A stretch of DNA of 64,000 nucleotides, from NCBI RefSeq assembly GCF_000143415.4, contig NW_003314319.1, positions 400,365 through 464,364 of the forward strand, given 5' to 3'. Made by a program: the position numbers and the translations under genes. This DNA comes from Selaginella moellendorffii (taxonomy: Eukaryota > Plantae > Lycopodiophyta). This document shows positions 13,226 to 26,351 of the stretch, piece by piece (the stretch's first letter is position 1; each line of letters starts with the position of its first letter). The notes below the pieces were generated by a model. It saw only the letters and a list, made by a program, of their open reading frames with translations. It was not told the DNA's origin and made no database searches.

Positions 13226-16200
13226 ATGCTGATCAATGCCGCATGGCGCAGGATTTTGAATCGGAAATTGGTACGTTCTAGTCGCCGATTCTTCTTCGCC
13301 GCTGCGCCGGGCGCTTGCCCGATCGCGCGCCTTGGAATTCGCGGCCTGCCGGTCCCCGAGGCATCAGGCATTGGCGGCCGCTCGTCGCTACGGCTCGTGG
13401 CAGTCCAGCGCCTCGCCGAGAAGGCGGATTCCAATGGATCGAGCAAGGGTAAGGACGAGAGCAGCAGCAGCTTTAGTCTATCCAAGCCATCGCCAGGGAA
13501 TGCGATCGAAGAGGGTTTTGAGGAGCTTCACGCAAAGGAGAAGAGAGGCTTTGGTGGTGGACTGCGGTATCTTTCAGCCGGGATAGGCTTCGCAGCGCTG
13601 TTCTTCGGGGCGGGGATGGTGGTGAGAGAAGAGAAAGAGCCCCCCATCTCTCTGGCCTCGCTCGAGAAAGCTGCCCGGGATATTGGCAGGCTCGTCATCT
13701 CGACGCTGGAGACTCTGTCCAGTCGGATCAGCAGCACCATGGGAGAAGTGATCGACGCTGGAGCTACTGCTCTTGTTCTTCTCCAGGGATTAAAGTCGGT
13801 GTTGGAATCGTATGGAGAGGGAGTGACCAAAGGATGGTGGAGAGCGAAGGTGGCGGCGTTCATAGCGGACGTCTCCGCTGCTGGGGGCGACAGGAGAAAA
13901 GCAGTGGTTTGTGCCAGCGATGGAGTTGTGGTGGATTGGCTGCTCGAGACCGCCGCCAAGAGCCAAGGTCCCGGCTCCACTGTGACTCAAGGGGAGGCTG
14001 CAAGGGCCCTGTCGTATCTCCTCGAGGACGAAGCGACCTGTGAGAGTGTCCTGGCTCGTCCACACGCGCTACCAAATCTCTTGCGCTTTGCTGCCTCTCT
14101 TCCAGCTAACTTTCGACCCAAGGTATGTCACGATGGAGTTTATACGTGTGATGGAGGACTCAAAGCAATTATATTTCGCAGACGTCCAAACATCGGAGAA
14201 AGCTCGCGGATATTGGAAGCTCTAGAGGAAAGAGCCAGCTAGTTGCAGCCATCATGGAAATCGTCACGGAAAGCTGCGAGCCAGTCGAGAACCATGAGTT
14301 TAGACCTTCGCTTCCAGGGAGTGCTGATCCTGCGGACATAGCGGCAGCTTTGGCTGCTGTAGAAGAGGGCGGACTGAAGCTAGATGATGACTCCAGAGAC
14401 GACGACAGAGGCAGCATTCACGGCATTGGAATGAAGCTCAGTGGCACTACGGGGATAGTTGCAGTGCAGAGACTGGAACACGACTTCCATCAGAGGTGGT
14501 GGACGAAGATGAAAGATAGTCTGTCCTTTTTTAGCGATAAGAACTCGCTAGCGCTTTCGTTGGTGGACAAAGATCCAGACAAGGACCTAGTTGGCTATGG
14601 TCTCTGGGACGACTTGCAAGGAAGGTTTGTAGCAGTTCCTCTGGCCGCATGGGCTTTAGCAACGTGGGCAGAGTCTTCGGCTGCGAATCGGAATCATATT
14701 TCGAGGCTCGACAAGGATGGTCAGGCGTTGCTGGCCGCGGTTTTGGCTCCGGAAAGAACTGTTAAGTGGCACGGTGCGCGGACAATGCATTTGCTTCTCG
14801 ACAACAAGAAGGTTACTTCGGACGAGGTAGTCTCGACATGGAGCTCCGCATTATTGGATATGGCAGTGCAGGCTTGCGGCCACCGCGACTCAACACTCGC
14901 GGAGTCGGCTTTTTCGGCATTTACTGCCTGCTTCAAGGAAGGAAGGCCGTCGCAAATGAGCACCTTTGAAAAGGGTTTTCCTGCCATCCGGGAGCTTGCT
15001 AGGCAGACCAAGGAAGAGGCTGCTATCCAAAAATCGATCGCCAGGACACTTGACACAGCCATGCAAAATGGACTCTGCTTGGGGCCCGATGAAAGTAAGA
15101 GGTGGTCGGGAATCCTCCTCCGTTGGTTGTCCAGCTCTCAGCCAGACACAGAACTTCAGAGGTCCGCCACCTCTATCTTTGGGAAGGTGATTGACTCGCT
15201 GGGAACGGACGGTATTCCGGCTTGCCAAGCGCTGTTGGCTTCTTTGCTACTGGGACTTATCAAACACGGGAAGTCTCCTGCTGCCATTCGGAAGGAAGCC
15301 AAAGCTAAAGGTCTACTACAGGTAATGCGTAAACCAACGTGTTGATGAAACTAATTCAACTGTTTTTGCAGTCTCAATTGATGCAGACGGCGGTTCAAGC
15401 TGCGACTCAGCTAGGAAAGATGGTTTCGGTCGAGGCGAGAGCAGACGTTGCAATATCCGAGTTTGCAGGTGAGTTGCCTCTCGCGGACTTACTTGGAGCA
15501 GATATTGTTCCCAACGTGCCACTTCCGAAAAATGGTGCTAAGGAGCTGCCACCCAAGTTTACTGTCGTCGAAGCGGCTCACGCGGTCATCAAGGCTCTCA
15601 AAGCTCTAGCAGATATTTCGGCCGAAGACGCATCGTATCAAAAGAGAATCATCGAAGCTGGAGGACTCATTCTACTCAGAAGGTTGATGCTAGCAGATGA
15701 CTACGAGCAGTGGTGTTTTCTGGATGCCTCCTCGGAGAAGGATTGGAGACTACAGGCTTTGAAAGACAAAGAGGCTGCAGAGGTGTCGGAACTGGCTTCA
15801 CACATGAGAAAGCATGCTGCACGGCTGCTTACCGTCCTAACTCAGCATCCGGAAGTCACACAGGCTGTTGCTGATGACAACGAGTGGTGTTCATGGCTAG
15901 GAGACTGTGCTGATGGCGTCGTCCCGGGCTGCAATGATCTCAAGTCTCGAAGCTATGCACAGATGACGCTACTCAACGTCGCACACTCAAGAATCCAGAA
16001 GACGCTGAAGGGATTTGGGAGGGACCTGGTTGATGGAGTATGGCCACGATACGAGGACATGGTATTCTTGCTAAACTTCGACTCCAAGTTTTGGAAAAGC
16101 GAAGGAGTCGCCAAATTGTCAGCGGAAGCTCTGAGTCCAGACGGTTCCGCGCAAGAAGTTGCTGCCGAGCGTCCGAGCTCTCCTGCTTCCGGCGATCTAT

Positions 16201-17480
16201 CGTCTCCTCTTTTGGACGTGGTTTTCATTCACGGACTTGCTGGTGGACCGATCAAAACGTGGCGTGTAGCTGTGGACAAAACCTCGACGACAGGAAAGGG
16301 TGGCCTTGTGGAGAAAATTGACGAGCAAGCGGGGAGGGAAGGGACTTGTTGGCCGTCAGAATGGCTGTCACATGATCTACCTAGAACCCGGTTGCTCAGT
16401 CTCAAGTACAAGGTTGGTAGTAGTATCAATCTTTGGTTCCTGGATTACTGAAGTGCTTGTCTGTGTAGGTACTGTTGTATCATTTTCTATGCGGGCTCTG
16501 AGTGGTACTTGTATGATGCAGACGAACTTTTCCGAGTGGTCAGGAGCAACGCTTCCGCTCGAGGTGAGAAAACAAAGAGGGAGATTATACTTAACTCTTG
16601 TTACTCAGGAAATTAGCTCGGCGCTTCTCGACAAGCTGCTAGCAGCCGGTGTAGGAGAGCGCCCCGTGGTCTTTATCTCCCACAGGTGAGACTTTTCAGC
16701 ATAAAAACTCTTTTTAACTTTGCTTTGCAGTATGGGAGGTTTGGTTGTAAAGCAAATGCTCGCACAAGCTGCGAAGGACAAGTCGCGAGCTCATCTCGTC
16801 GATAAGGCTGCTGGCGTTGTTCGTAAATTTCTTAATTCCCATGCAAAGCAGATGCTGACACACTCACGATCTTTGGTTTTTTGTTTTTGTTTTTGTTTTG
16901 GCAGGTGTTTTATAGTTGTCCACACTTTGGAAGCAGATTGGCAGACATGCCATGGCGAATGGGCTACGTTCTACGTCCGGCGCCTTCGGTAAATGGCTTC
17001 CAGGCTCTAGCGTTTCCATCTCTTGTGATTTCTTTTTGACAGGTTGCGGAGCTGAGAAGCGGGTCTCCCAGACTGGAGGAGCTCAATCGCTGCATCCGCA
17101 ATCTACACTACAGAGGGACGCTCCAAGTTCTAAGTTTCAGCGAAGTAAGCTCCAGATGAAGCTTGCAAACAAGAGTCTTACATTTCCTTTATAGACAAAG
17201 GTGACGCCGCTGGTGGAAGGCTATGGAGGATGGGCCTTGCGCATGGAAGTGGTACCAATCGAGTCTGCTTATCCTGGTTTTGGAGAATTGGTGGTGAGTA
17301 AAAATACCTCTCTTTTCCTCTTCGTTTTGACACACTCCACAGGTGTTGGATGGAACCGATCACGTCAATTCCTGCAAGCCTTTGAGCCCTTCAGATCCCG
17401 CCTACACCAAAACTCTGGAGTTTTTGCGAAGGATCCAGGTGAAGATAGTTGAAGACTCGAGGAAAAAGAAGGAACAATAG
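13226..17480 (+). CDS. SERAC1-like protein (ARM-like repeats + C-terminal alpha/beta hydrolase), multi-exon
   Basis: Three long ORFs joined by short GT-AG introns. Motifs LDVVFIHGLAGGP..TW, CWPSEWL, RPVVFISHSMGGL (nucleophile elbow), FYSCPHFGS and TDHVNSCKP. Stop TAG at 17478-17480. The N-terminus looks like an organellar transit peptide. Confidence 0.9.
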
Positions 17481-17640
17481 CAACAACTGTATATAACGCA
17501 ACCTCTCGAGAAGGAAAAAAGAATTTTGTAATAACTGGCTTGGAAGTTTTGTTGGCTATCTCGACCAAAATGTTACACCGAACTCCTGTACTCTCTTCTC
17601 TCTCATTTCATCCACTTTGGAAAAACAGATGGGAAGTGTT

Positions 17641-20105
17641 TTAATCCGACTGTTCCGCATGCTCCGAATCATGCTCCGAGCCATGCTCCGAGTCGGACGA
17701 TGCCTGGTATGCCTCAAAAGTTACGCTGCGTGAAGCACAAGAGTTTAGTTAGACAAATCCACAAGTGCGATTTTGTTTACCAGATTGTGCCGTAATGCTG
17801 ATCTATTTGCTCCTTCAAATCTTTCTCCCTAATTCCCTTCAAGTTAAGGGAGCTGCAAAACGCATCAAACTGCAAACAAAGGAAAAGTATGGTGAAGACC
17901 GCCCTGAAAGAAAAACTGCCGAGAGGCCTACCTCTTCTTTGTCACTATAGAAGCTCCATTTTGTGGAGTCTTCATTCTCTATGAAGATTCGTGGCTCCCT
18001 GGGGAAAAACCAATAACGGTTGAAGTCACGGTCTACGCCTAAGTATATGTTCCTCAGCGGGCATTTCGAAGTATCCGCGTCCTGGTTACACACGAAGTAT
18101 TAGCTCCTCACACACATTATCAAATAGGGAACAAAGAAGTATTACCTCTTTTTGCTTCTTCTTGGCTACGGGTTTCTTTTTCCTGTCACACGAAAAGCTC
18201 AAGACAATGAGAAGAGTGACCCTCACAAGCAAGCGTCTCTAGTCTCTAGCACGTACCTTTTAAATGATTTGAGTAGCTTGGAGGACCCGTTCGTCCCCGC
18301 TAGATGCTCTCCTACCGGAGGCTCGTCGTCGTCTTCGTCCTCGATCTCAGGCGAGGCTTGCTTCTTTTTGCTGTCCTTCCTGCGTGGGATGTGCTCATCG
18401 AGCTGACCCCTCACAACGATGGAGCTGGCGCTCGGCTCGGTCAAGTCGTGCAATATCTCTAGCCTGGCCAGAGGCTCTAACTCCGAATAATCGCCCAGCC
18501 TTATGGAAGACGCGTACGGCTTTGTCTTGTCCGAGCCAATGAGCTCAAGAACATCAGCGAGGTCGTCCTTCCACGTCTCCGGCAAAATCTGCGACCAACA
18601 ACCAGAGGTGAGTGATAGAAACAGTGAAGGAAAGCTCACCTGCAGCTTGCGCTTTCCCTTTTTATCCTTCCTTTTGACCTGGAGCTTCTCGCACAAATTC
18701 GTGTTCGAGAGTATCGCCTTTAGTAGAGCATGATGAACTTCTTCAAGGAGCGGGCATTCTTCTTCTTTGCTGCACAAGGCCTCCTCGAAGTCGTCCAACG
18801 TGAACTGCGTGATTTCCAACGACGTGGCGAAGGCACTGCAGAAGTCCCAGACCATCAGCAAATGGCCAACGCACTCAGCCGGTAATGAGAACTCGGAAGA
18901 AGGAGCGGGGCGTTCAGAAGGTGGCGGCAACAGCTTGTCCTCGATAGGATACTTTTGTTTACTCCCTGGAAGTCGATCGGTTAGAGACATAAACAAAAAG
19001 CCAGCGAGAAGAATAAAGTTCCTCGTACCATCTGTACTTTTCTTCCGCTTATTGTTTCCATTGCTTTCCACGCTATCATCGTCCGAGTTCTTCCTTTTCA
19101 CTCCGTTGCGTACTTTAGATCCACCATTGCACATCTCACGAAGCTGCATCACCTAAGATCTTCTAGTAAGTACAATGAAAACGAAAACAAAGAGTTACTC
19201 ACATCACTGCCGTCAGCGCTCTCCTCTTCACTCGTAGGATGCAAGGCCACATTGTGGAGACGAGCAAGGTTGTCATGCACTGCCCAGCGGGATTTCTTGC
19301 TCACTCCAATGAACGCCGACTCCCGTATGAAAGACTTGAGCAAGCACTTGGTGAGGGGATGCTTCTTCCGCCGGAGGCTTTGCACGTTTATGTTGTCAGT
19401 GCATTTCACCTTGCCGTCGCTCTTTATAAACGCCACCTCGTAAGAGCAGCTGCAATTGTCGGGCTCGCATTCCTGGTTCTCCTCCAGCACTCGAAGAATT
19501 TTGCATGTGCGCACGGATCCATCGCAGACACCGTCTAGAACCTCTCCCTCTACAAAATGGTCCTTGAACCTTTTGTGGATCCTGTCCACCAGATCGCTAA
19601 CACAGGAGGGACCTGAAAAGGAAAGAAAGAACAAGCAAACGTAAATCAAAAGCTCTTAAAAGAATCCAAAGTCTCGAAACTTACTGAATTGGACCATTCG
19701 AAGGACAGGCCCGATAAACTCCTTGGGAAAATTCTGCACAAGCTCGCTGGCTTTGCTCTCAGAAGAGAGCGCTTGCTCATAATCTAGATTGGTCTTTCCG
19801 GTCACCTTGCACGTCCAGACCTTTTGCCGGTATAACTTCATCCTATTGAGATACTCCCTGCCAAGAAAGAAAGAAATTCTAGTTACATCCCCATCCCAGC
19901 AAAGAGCAAAGAAAAACAAACCAAAAAACCAATCGCGCAAAGCAAAGAAACAAGGAAAGAAAGAAAAAAACCAATCCCGAGGAAGAACTTACTGGTAGTC
20001 CCGGAAAATCTCCTTTGTGAATCGCACCTGGAACACCTCCTCATTGGGACTGATGTCCGCGGGGACCTCAGCTAGCGGGAATGCTGACCTCTTGTAGAGC
20101 GGCAT
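17641..20105 (-). CDS. WAC-DDT-WHIM-WSD domain protein (ACF1/BAZ1-like ISWI partner), multi-exon
   Basis: WAC domain MPLYKR..EEVFQVRFTKEIFRDY..EYLNRM.LYRQKVWTCKVTGK.NL.YEQAL.SE, DDT domain VGHLLMVWDFC..F..L.IT.FTLDDFE.AL, WSD domain LGVDRDFNRYWFF..W and SLNLKGIRE. Predicted last exon stops at TAA 17641-17643. Confidence 0.9.
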
Positions 20106-20504
20106 CACGCAGCGCTCCTCCTCCTCCTCGCCAAAGGATTGCGACTCATGTGGTGTGGCGCAGTAGCATCGATGGCGACGACGCCCGCCGAGAAACGCTG
20201 CCGCTGCCTCTACCCTAGAACAAAAAAATCCACACACACACCCAAAGGGCGACGAAACTACTCGACGCGATTATATGGCCCAAAAGGGGAAGCGCGGAAG
20301 AGAAAAATTCCTCCCTTTCTTGTCTTGCTCCTCTCCGGATTGCGCGACGACGCGCGCGCAAGGGCGGCGATGGGAGAGAGAGAAGCGCGAAATCTTCTTC
20401 TTCTTCTTTGCGCAAAAATAAAGAGGAGGAGAATTTCCAGTGTTGCCCTAACCCTTGACTTTGTTTGACTATAGGGCTCTGCTTTTTTAGGGCTCTTGGG
20501 CGGG

Positions 20505-21636
20505 ATGGTCCCGGTGGAATGGGTGGATGCCGACGAGTGGGCGGCCATCGAGCTCGCATTGAGCGCCGTGGAGCCCAGATCGGACACGCTGGCAGGGCGA
20601 CGCGGCATTCAACCCCAGGAAGCGGCGATGGCGAGCGATGAACGTCCCGACGCGAAGAGGGTACGTAGGCAGCTGCCTGCTTCGTGGCTTACTCCTCCTG
20701 TTAGTCAATGTGAGTTTCTCTAGCAGTATGATCTTGCTGCTTTGCTTGCATTGCTCTTGATTGCTTTGCAATTCTTTTTCTCCCTCTCTCTCTGTGTTTA
20801 TTTTTTTTGTTGTGTTTTATTTCATTCGTGCTTGTAGATGGAGCGAAGAGCAAATTGCCTCGTCTGGAATTCAAGGGAAGGATTGTCTACTCGAGCACAG
20901 CGGAGGAGGCCGAGAGTGCCGCTGCCGAATTGCTGCAAAGCATTGAGTCCTTGAAAGCCGACGGCACACGGGACATAGTCTTGGGATTTGACACCGAGTG
21001 GAAGCCTTCATTTGAACGAGGTAAAGAGATCTTTGCCAAAGAATTCACTTGGTTTTTACTCTCCTCTTTGACGCAGGAGCTGTGCCCGGAAGAACTGCAG
21101 TTTTGCAGCTGTGCCTGGACAGCTCTCGGTGCTACGTTTTCCACATTTTCCACTCGGGAATCCCTCCACAATTACAGAAACTCCTGGAAGAAGAAACAAT
21201 CTGGAAGGTATCCTAGAGGTTCGATCAGCTTCTTCTTTCTTAAATCCTTTCAGGCTGGTATAGGAATAAGTGGAGATGTCTCTAAACTGAAGCTCGACTA
21301 TGGCGTCACTGTGACTGGGAGTGTCGACCTCTCCGCCTTGGCGAATCAAAAGCTCAAAAGAAGTCAGAGCTGGAGCCTGTCAAGCCTCGCGGAAGAACTT
21401 ACGTGCAAAGTGATTGACAAGCCCACGGACATTCGATGCGGTGACTGGGAGCTCCAGCCTTTATCTCCAGCACAACTTAGCTACGCTGCCACTGACGCTT
21501 TCGCATCACTCCATCTCTATCAGGTACGTAATGAAGCTCTCCTTCAAAATCGCAACTGAACGTTTCTGTTTTGCACCAGGCGCTTGCTAGTTTCTCCAAT
21601 CCAGTGATCCAACAAAGTCCCAGCGAACAAAAGTAA
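20505..21636 (+). CDS. WEX: Werner syndrome-like 3'-5' exonuclease (DEDDy), multi-exon
   Basis: Exo I LGFDTEWKP, AVLQLC, GISGDVSKL, WSLSSL and Exo III YAATDAF. Last exon ALASFSNPVIQQSPSEQK*. Confidence 0.9.
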
Positions 21637-21679
21637 TACTTCATCTACGGGTTTCCCAGTGTCAAGGCATGACCACGGC

Positions 21680-22440
21680 GGAAACTCTAAGAACAGTTGT
21701 CCAAGGCTCCGGGTTACGATCATCAGCACCACCAAGCACAGTGCGTTTCTCTGCGTTTTTTAGCTCTCCGCTCCGGCTGAGAAGATCTACAAGAATGCAT
21801 CCGACGCAACAATGCGATGGTCTTCCACCATTCTAGCGAAACAGGCGAAATTCGTCAAGCAAACCAGACGAGGAAAGAAACCTGGTTTGGCTCGACACCA
21901 TCAAGCTCAGTAGCTGCAAACTCCTGCCTTCTCCAAGGCGTGTGAGGCCACCATGGCCGTCCACAGGACCACATTTCTCTATCTTCCAAATGCCCATTTT
22001 GGGCATGCTTGAAACAATATTGTCCATGATATAATATTGGGCTCTTTGATGCCATGGAGTTTCAAAGGTCTGTTTTGATTTCTCTAAATTCTGGCAAATG
22101 CATGTGTGCGTCACATAGAGAGAGACAAAAAGCCTGCTCTATGTTTCCAATCGGATGCAAGCCAACAGCATTGTGTTGCAGCACAGCCTACATTGAATCA
22201 AACACTCACTTTGCAGTGCCAAAATCACCCCCAAGTGGCATGATGTTCCACGAGAAGTTCTAGCATCTTGCTAAACGTATATTCTGCAGCATATGCCTGC
22301 AACAGCATCGAAAAGATTCCGGGCATCTTCTGCGGGCACAATTTAAGAGAGAGAGTTTTCTACAAAGTGGATATGCTGAAAGAATCCCAACCACCCAAGC
22401 TGGGAATATACTCTAATACCCGAAGCGCATCCTCCACATA
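21680..22440 (-). pseudogene. Deletion-riddled inverted copy of the PPR gene at 30668-32047
   Basis: The reverse complement matches ~30845-32080 block by block (e.g. ELDGVEPNQVSFL, ARMVEDHRIV, VDLLSRSGELKN), with many short deletions and frameshifts. Confidence 0.9.
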
Positions 22441-25400
22441 GATCATCTCCCATTTTGGGAAAAGTGTCGAATGCGAGTCCTCTTGTGTCATGGAACAGTA
22501 AACTTACTGCATTGTTTCCTGCAACGAAGTCCAGGGACAAGGCAGCATGTCCCAATTAGAAGCACTAAGCGTTACAATCGATTGCAGCATCACTTGCGGG
22601 ATATGTGGCAATGGTAGTGAGGGAGAAGCCACGGAGAGTGCTATCCAAAGTAATCCAGAGTATATTACGAATGCTGATTCCAAGTCTGTAGCAAGGCGAG
22701 GCTCACAAGTAGTTAAAAGTTTGCAAAAAGAAGCAATTCTCCTGCGTCTGACTGTTACAAGACCGGAATTGACAAACCACATTTAAAATAAGTTCATTTT
22801 CTATGTCAGTTTCAAGAAAAACTTACGTCCTTATTGTACAATCTAGAAAGACTTCAGCCTCGTTGATAACATTCTGTTTCAAAGAGACCCCTTGCCTTGC
22901 AAGGTTCCATTCATGCCACCAAAACTGGTTGACAGTGACTCAAATGCCACCACCTGCAGTCATGACAAAACTCAGCTGATCCAAAATTCAATCACTTGAG
23001 TCTGCTCGGCCTTGCATGAGCCCTTATGTCCTTCTTTATCCAAGCTGCTCAAGCATTGTTGGCAGATGGAACGTAGGAATGCTGAAGGCTTGGGGATAGC
23101 CAGGGTGAGTATTTCAAACATTGGAACTTTTTATTGGTTGCCAACGTCGGTGAGACTTTTTTTTCTCCAGACCTCATTATGGCACTGCAATCAAGTATAA
23201 TAGCCCATGGAACCACCAGGGCTGTTCTCGTATATGTAAGAACTTCCAATTCGATTGGATTGTGCATTGGAAGAACAATGTTGGACACCGTTCAGACCCC
23301 TTCTTCCAAGTTGGAAATTCTATTCGATTGGATGTGCGTTGGAAGCAAACCTACTCTTGTCTATACACGTAAAAGAAAAGCAAGCTCACAAAGCACACTT
23401 ACCAAACAGTCACTATGACACAATGGTTGATTCCAGCTCATAGCCATGGTTGTGGGCTGGCTGGCCCTTGATGTCTACCATGGCTTAGCCTTAATGGTTA
23501 TGGGATGCTTGCCATTCTGAAGAGATTATGAAATATTCTAGCTTGAACCTAGCTATAATTTCTACGGAAATATCTACGAGACCAGGCTAGCATAGAAATG
23601 CACTTCTTGTGGCCACGACAAAACTTATTAAGAAATATTGACAATCAATCATTGGGATCTCATAGGCTCCTTAAGCATTTCCACACTCACATACATCCAA
23701 AGAGCAGTGATTGTCTTTGGATCCCACCATCTATATAGTGAGAAGGAATTGTATTCGAGGATCAAGAGCATGAATATACTCCTGCCAAAGTTCCAACTAG
23801 ATTAGATCAGATCTTGTTTGCAACATTAAGCATTCTGGAAGAGGCGATTGAGCACAAGATCAATCCATCTAGATCCCCTAACCCCAAAAGGGTCCTACCA
23901 AGGACGAAACACCACTTGAACAGTGAGAATGCAGGTCTAGTAGGCCATTTACAAAATGCTAAAACGCTAATCTACCATGACTATAACGATCTTGGTTTGG
24001 CCAAGTTGCAACCCTAATAGCCATAACCATTCATCATACTTTTTTTATAATAAAATTTTACTTATTGTAAGGGGTGTAAGGTTTGTAAATACATGTATAT
24101 ATATACATATATTGGCTAGGTAATATACTAATTATAATATTATAGCATATTTATAATATTTATAATATTGGGATTAAATCTAATCCATCCATTTTTGTAT
24201 ATAAACAAAGATTTAAACCCTAATTAATATACTTATTCTTATATCCCGAACATTCACATTGGTGGAAGTGAGTGGTATTACAATTTATTCTTGAAAGGCA
24301 AAACTTTTTGGCAATACTTTACTCTAATGTTTGGGATTGTGTTTTTTGTTCTTATTTCTTCATTCTCTTTTAAATCTAGATCTATATTAGCTTTTTACAA
24401 AATCTAAAACTCTAGCTATTATTGTGTTTAAATTTATTTTTTCATTTGATTTGTTTAAATTTAAATTTACAACATTCTCTTCTTTTACCATATCATATTA
24501 TCATTGATCAAGGAGTATCTCACTTGAGGCTACTAATGTTGCTTCATCGAATTGAACTTTTGGTGTTGTAAGATATGATTATATTAGTGTTGCACATCTT
24601 TGATGTGTTGCCATCTTCAACTTTTGTGTAATGTGATTACACAATTTGTTTTGTTCTTGGTGTTCTACCATTTCCCATTAATGTGGAGTATAATCATGAC
24701 ATCTATTGGCGAGCTTGTAATCTAGTTCTTGAAGAATGTTTAAAGATTGAGTGTATGGGAAAATGATGTATATGAACTCAAGTGGATTTCAAATCATTTT
24801 GATAAATTTGATTATTATGGAAATAGCTTTAAAGATGAAATAGAGATTTCATAGGGTAGGTATCAATTATTCAATTTGCCATTTGATCCTTTCTTTTTAC
24901 TTTTTCTTCTTTCCCAATCCTTTTTTATTTCTTAGCTTGAGCCACCTTCTTATATTTTTAGTGTTTCTTCCTCATCTACAGTGTTTCCTTTTCATAGCAT
25001 GTCAATCATTTATGACTCTCATGATTTCATTTTTAGTCTAGCATTGAGTTGAGTATTTTCTATCCTTCTCATACTAATCTAAATGTTGAGCATGTGTGGG
25101 AAGTTAAGAATCTTAGTTTTGTTTCTTTGGCAAAGTTTTTAATCAATTCTAGTGTTAAGTATTCCTTTGTTCCAAAAGTTAAGTCACTTTGGCTAAAGTT
25201 TCAAGTTAAATGCATATCACTAATTGTGAGTGCCAATTAGAGCCTTTGTTTTATTGTTCTTACTAAAGAGTTTATGTGTTCTTTTGAGAGTGTGGACATT
25301 TCTATTAATTTTCCCATCTCAAATGTTGAGTTATGTGTTAAGGAGGTTGAACAATGTGAATCTTTTACTTCTCTCATACTGCCTGAAGTATTTTATAATA

Positions 25401-26351
25401 GAAAGTTTTATGTTTTCCAAAGCTTTAAACATATGTCCTTTTTATTTCCTCGTTTTTGCATTGACAACTACTAAAAATTCCTCTTCTTTATCCTCTTTCA
25501 CACTATTTCTTTTTCAATTTTTTTTGCTTTCTTATATTTTCTTTAACATTTCAAACTTTTTTTTCTTTGGAGGGGGTAGAGGAAACAGATAGGAGTTCGG
25601 CCCCAACAATAGAGTGAAGATGAGTAGATACAATAGTAGAGTGAGAATAAATAATATAAATTGTGAAGTGAGGATGAGCATAATGATTATAAACAAAACA
25701 TCCAACCCCAATATAATGAGGTAGAACAAATGCAATAGTGGAGTGAGGTTGAACATAAATGTTAGAATAAAAACAAACAAAACAAAGTATATACTTTAGA
25801 ACTTTTTTTCTTTTAAGGAAAGGATAAGAAGGATGTGGAGGATAAATGAAGTTAGTCTAACCTCCTATATATAGTGTTAGGCAAAGATAATAATTGTGAG
25901 TTTAAGTTAATATTGGTCTCAAATGTTGACTAAAGGGAAGACACAAAGGTAGGTTCTACTTATAGTTTTAAATCCAAATTAATGGTGGTTTTGGAGGATT
26001 GTCGACAGACAAATTTAGAGATGAGATACATTGTTTACTGCAATAGTGTTTTATAAACTATAGTGGCTCTCAAAATTCCTTATTTCAGTTCAAAGTTATG
26101 GCTTTGTGGTTGTTTTGAGCATTCAGGAGCTATATACGAAGTTGCAATTAGTTCATCAAGATTTTGTAGTTGACTAATACTTATGCCATAGCTTTGGGTT
26201 TTATTTCAATCATAGTTGTCAACAATTTTATTATTGGTTTTATGAGAGTTTTAGATTCTTATAATAGTTTATAATCGCCCAACAAAAATTCCAGATGTTC
26301 CACCTGACTTATTATTATCACCTTTTCATCTTCCAGAAGAGAGGATTGTGT

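Noticed and set aside
22480-24050. Moderately GC-rich stretch with short ORFs, possibly a decayed gene or LINE
   Set aside because: I could not recognise a protein motif or a consistent exon chain. It needs a translated search.
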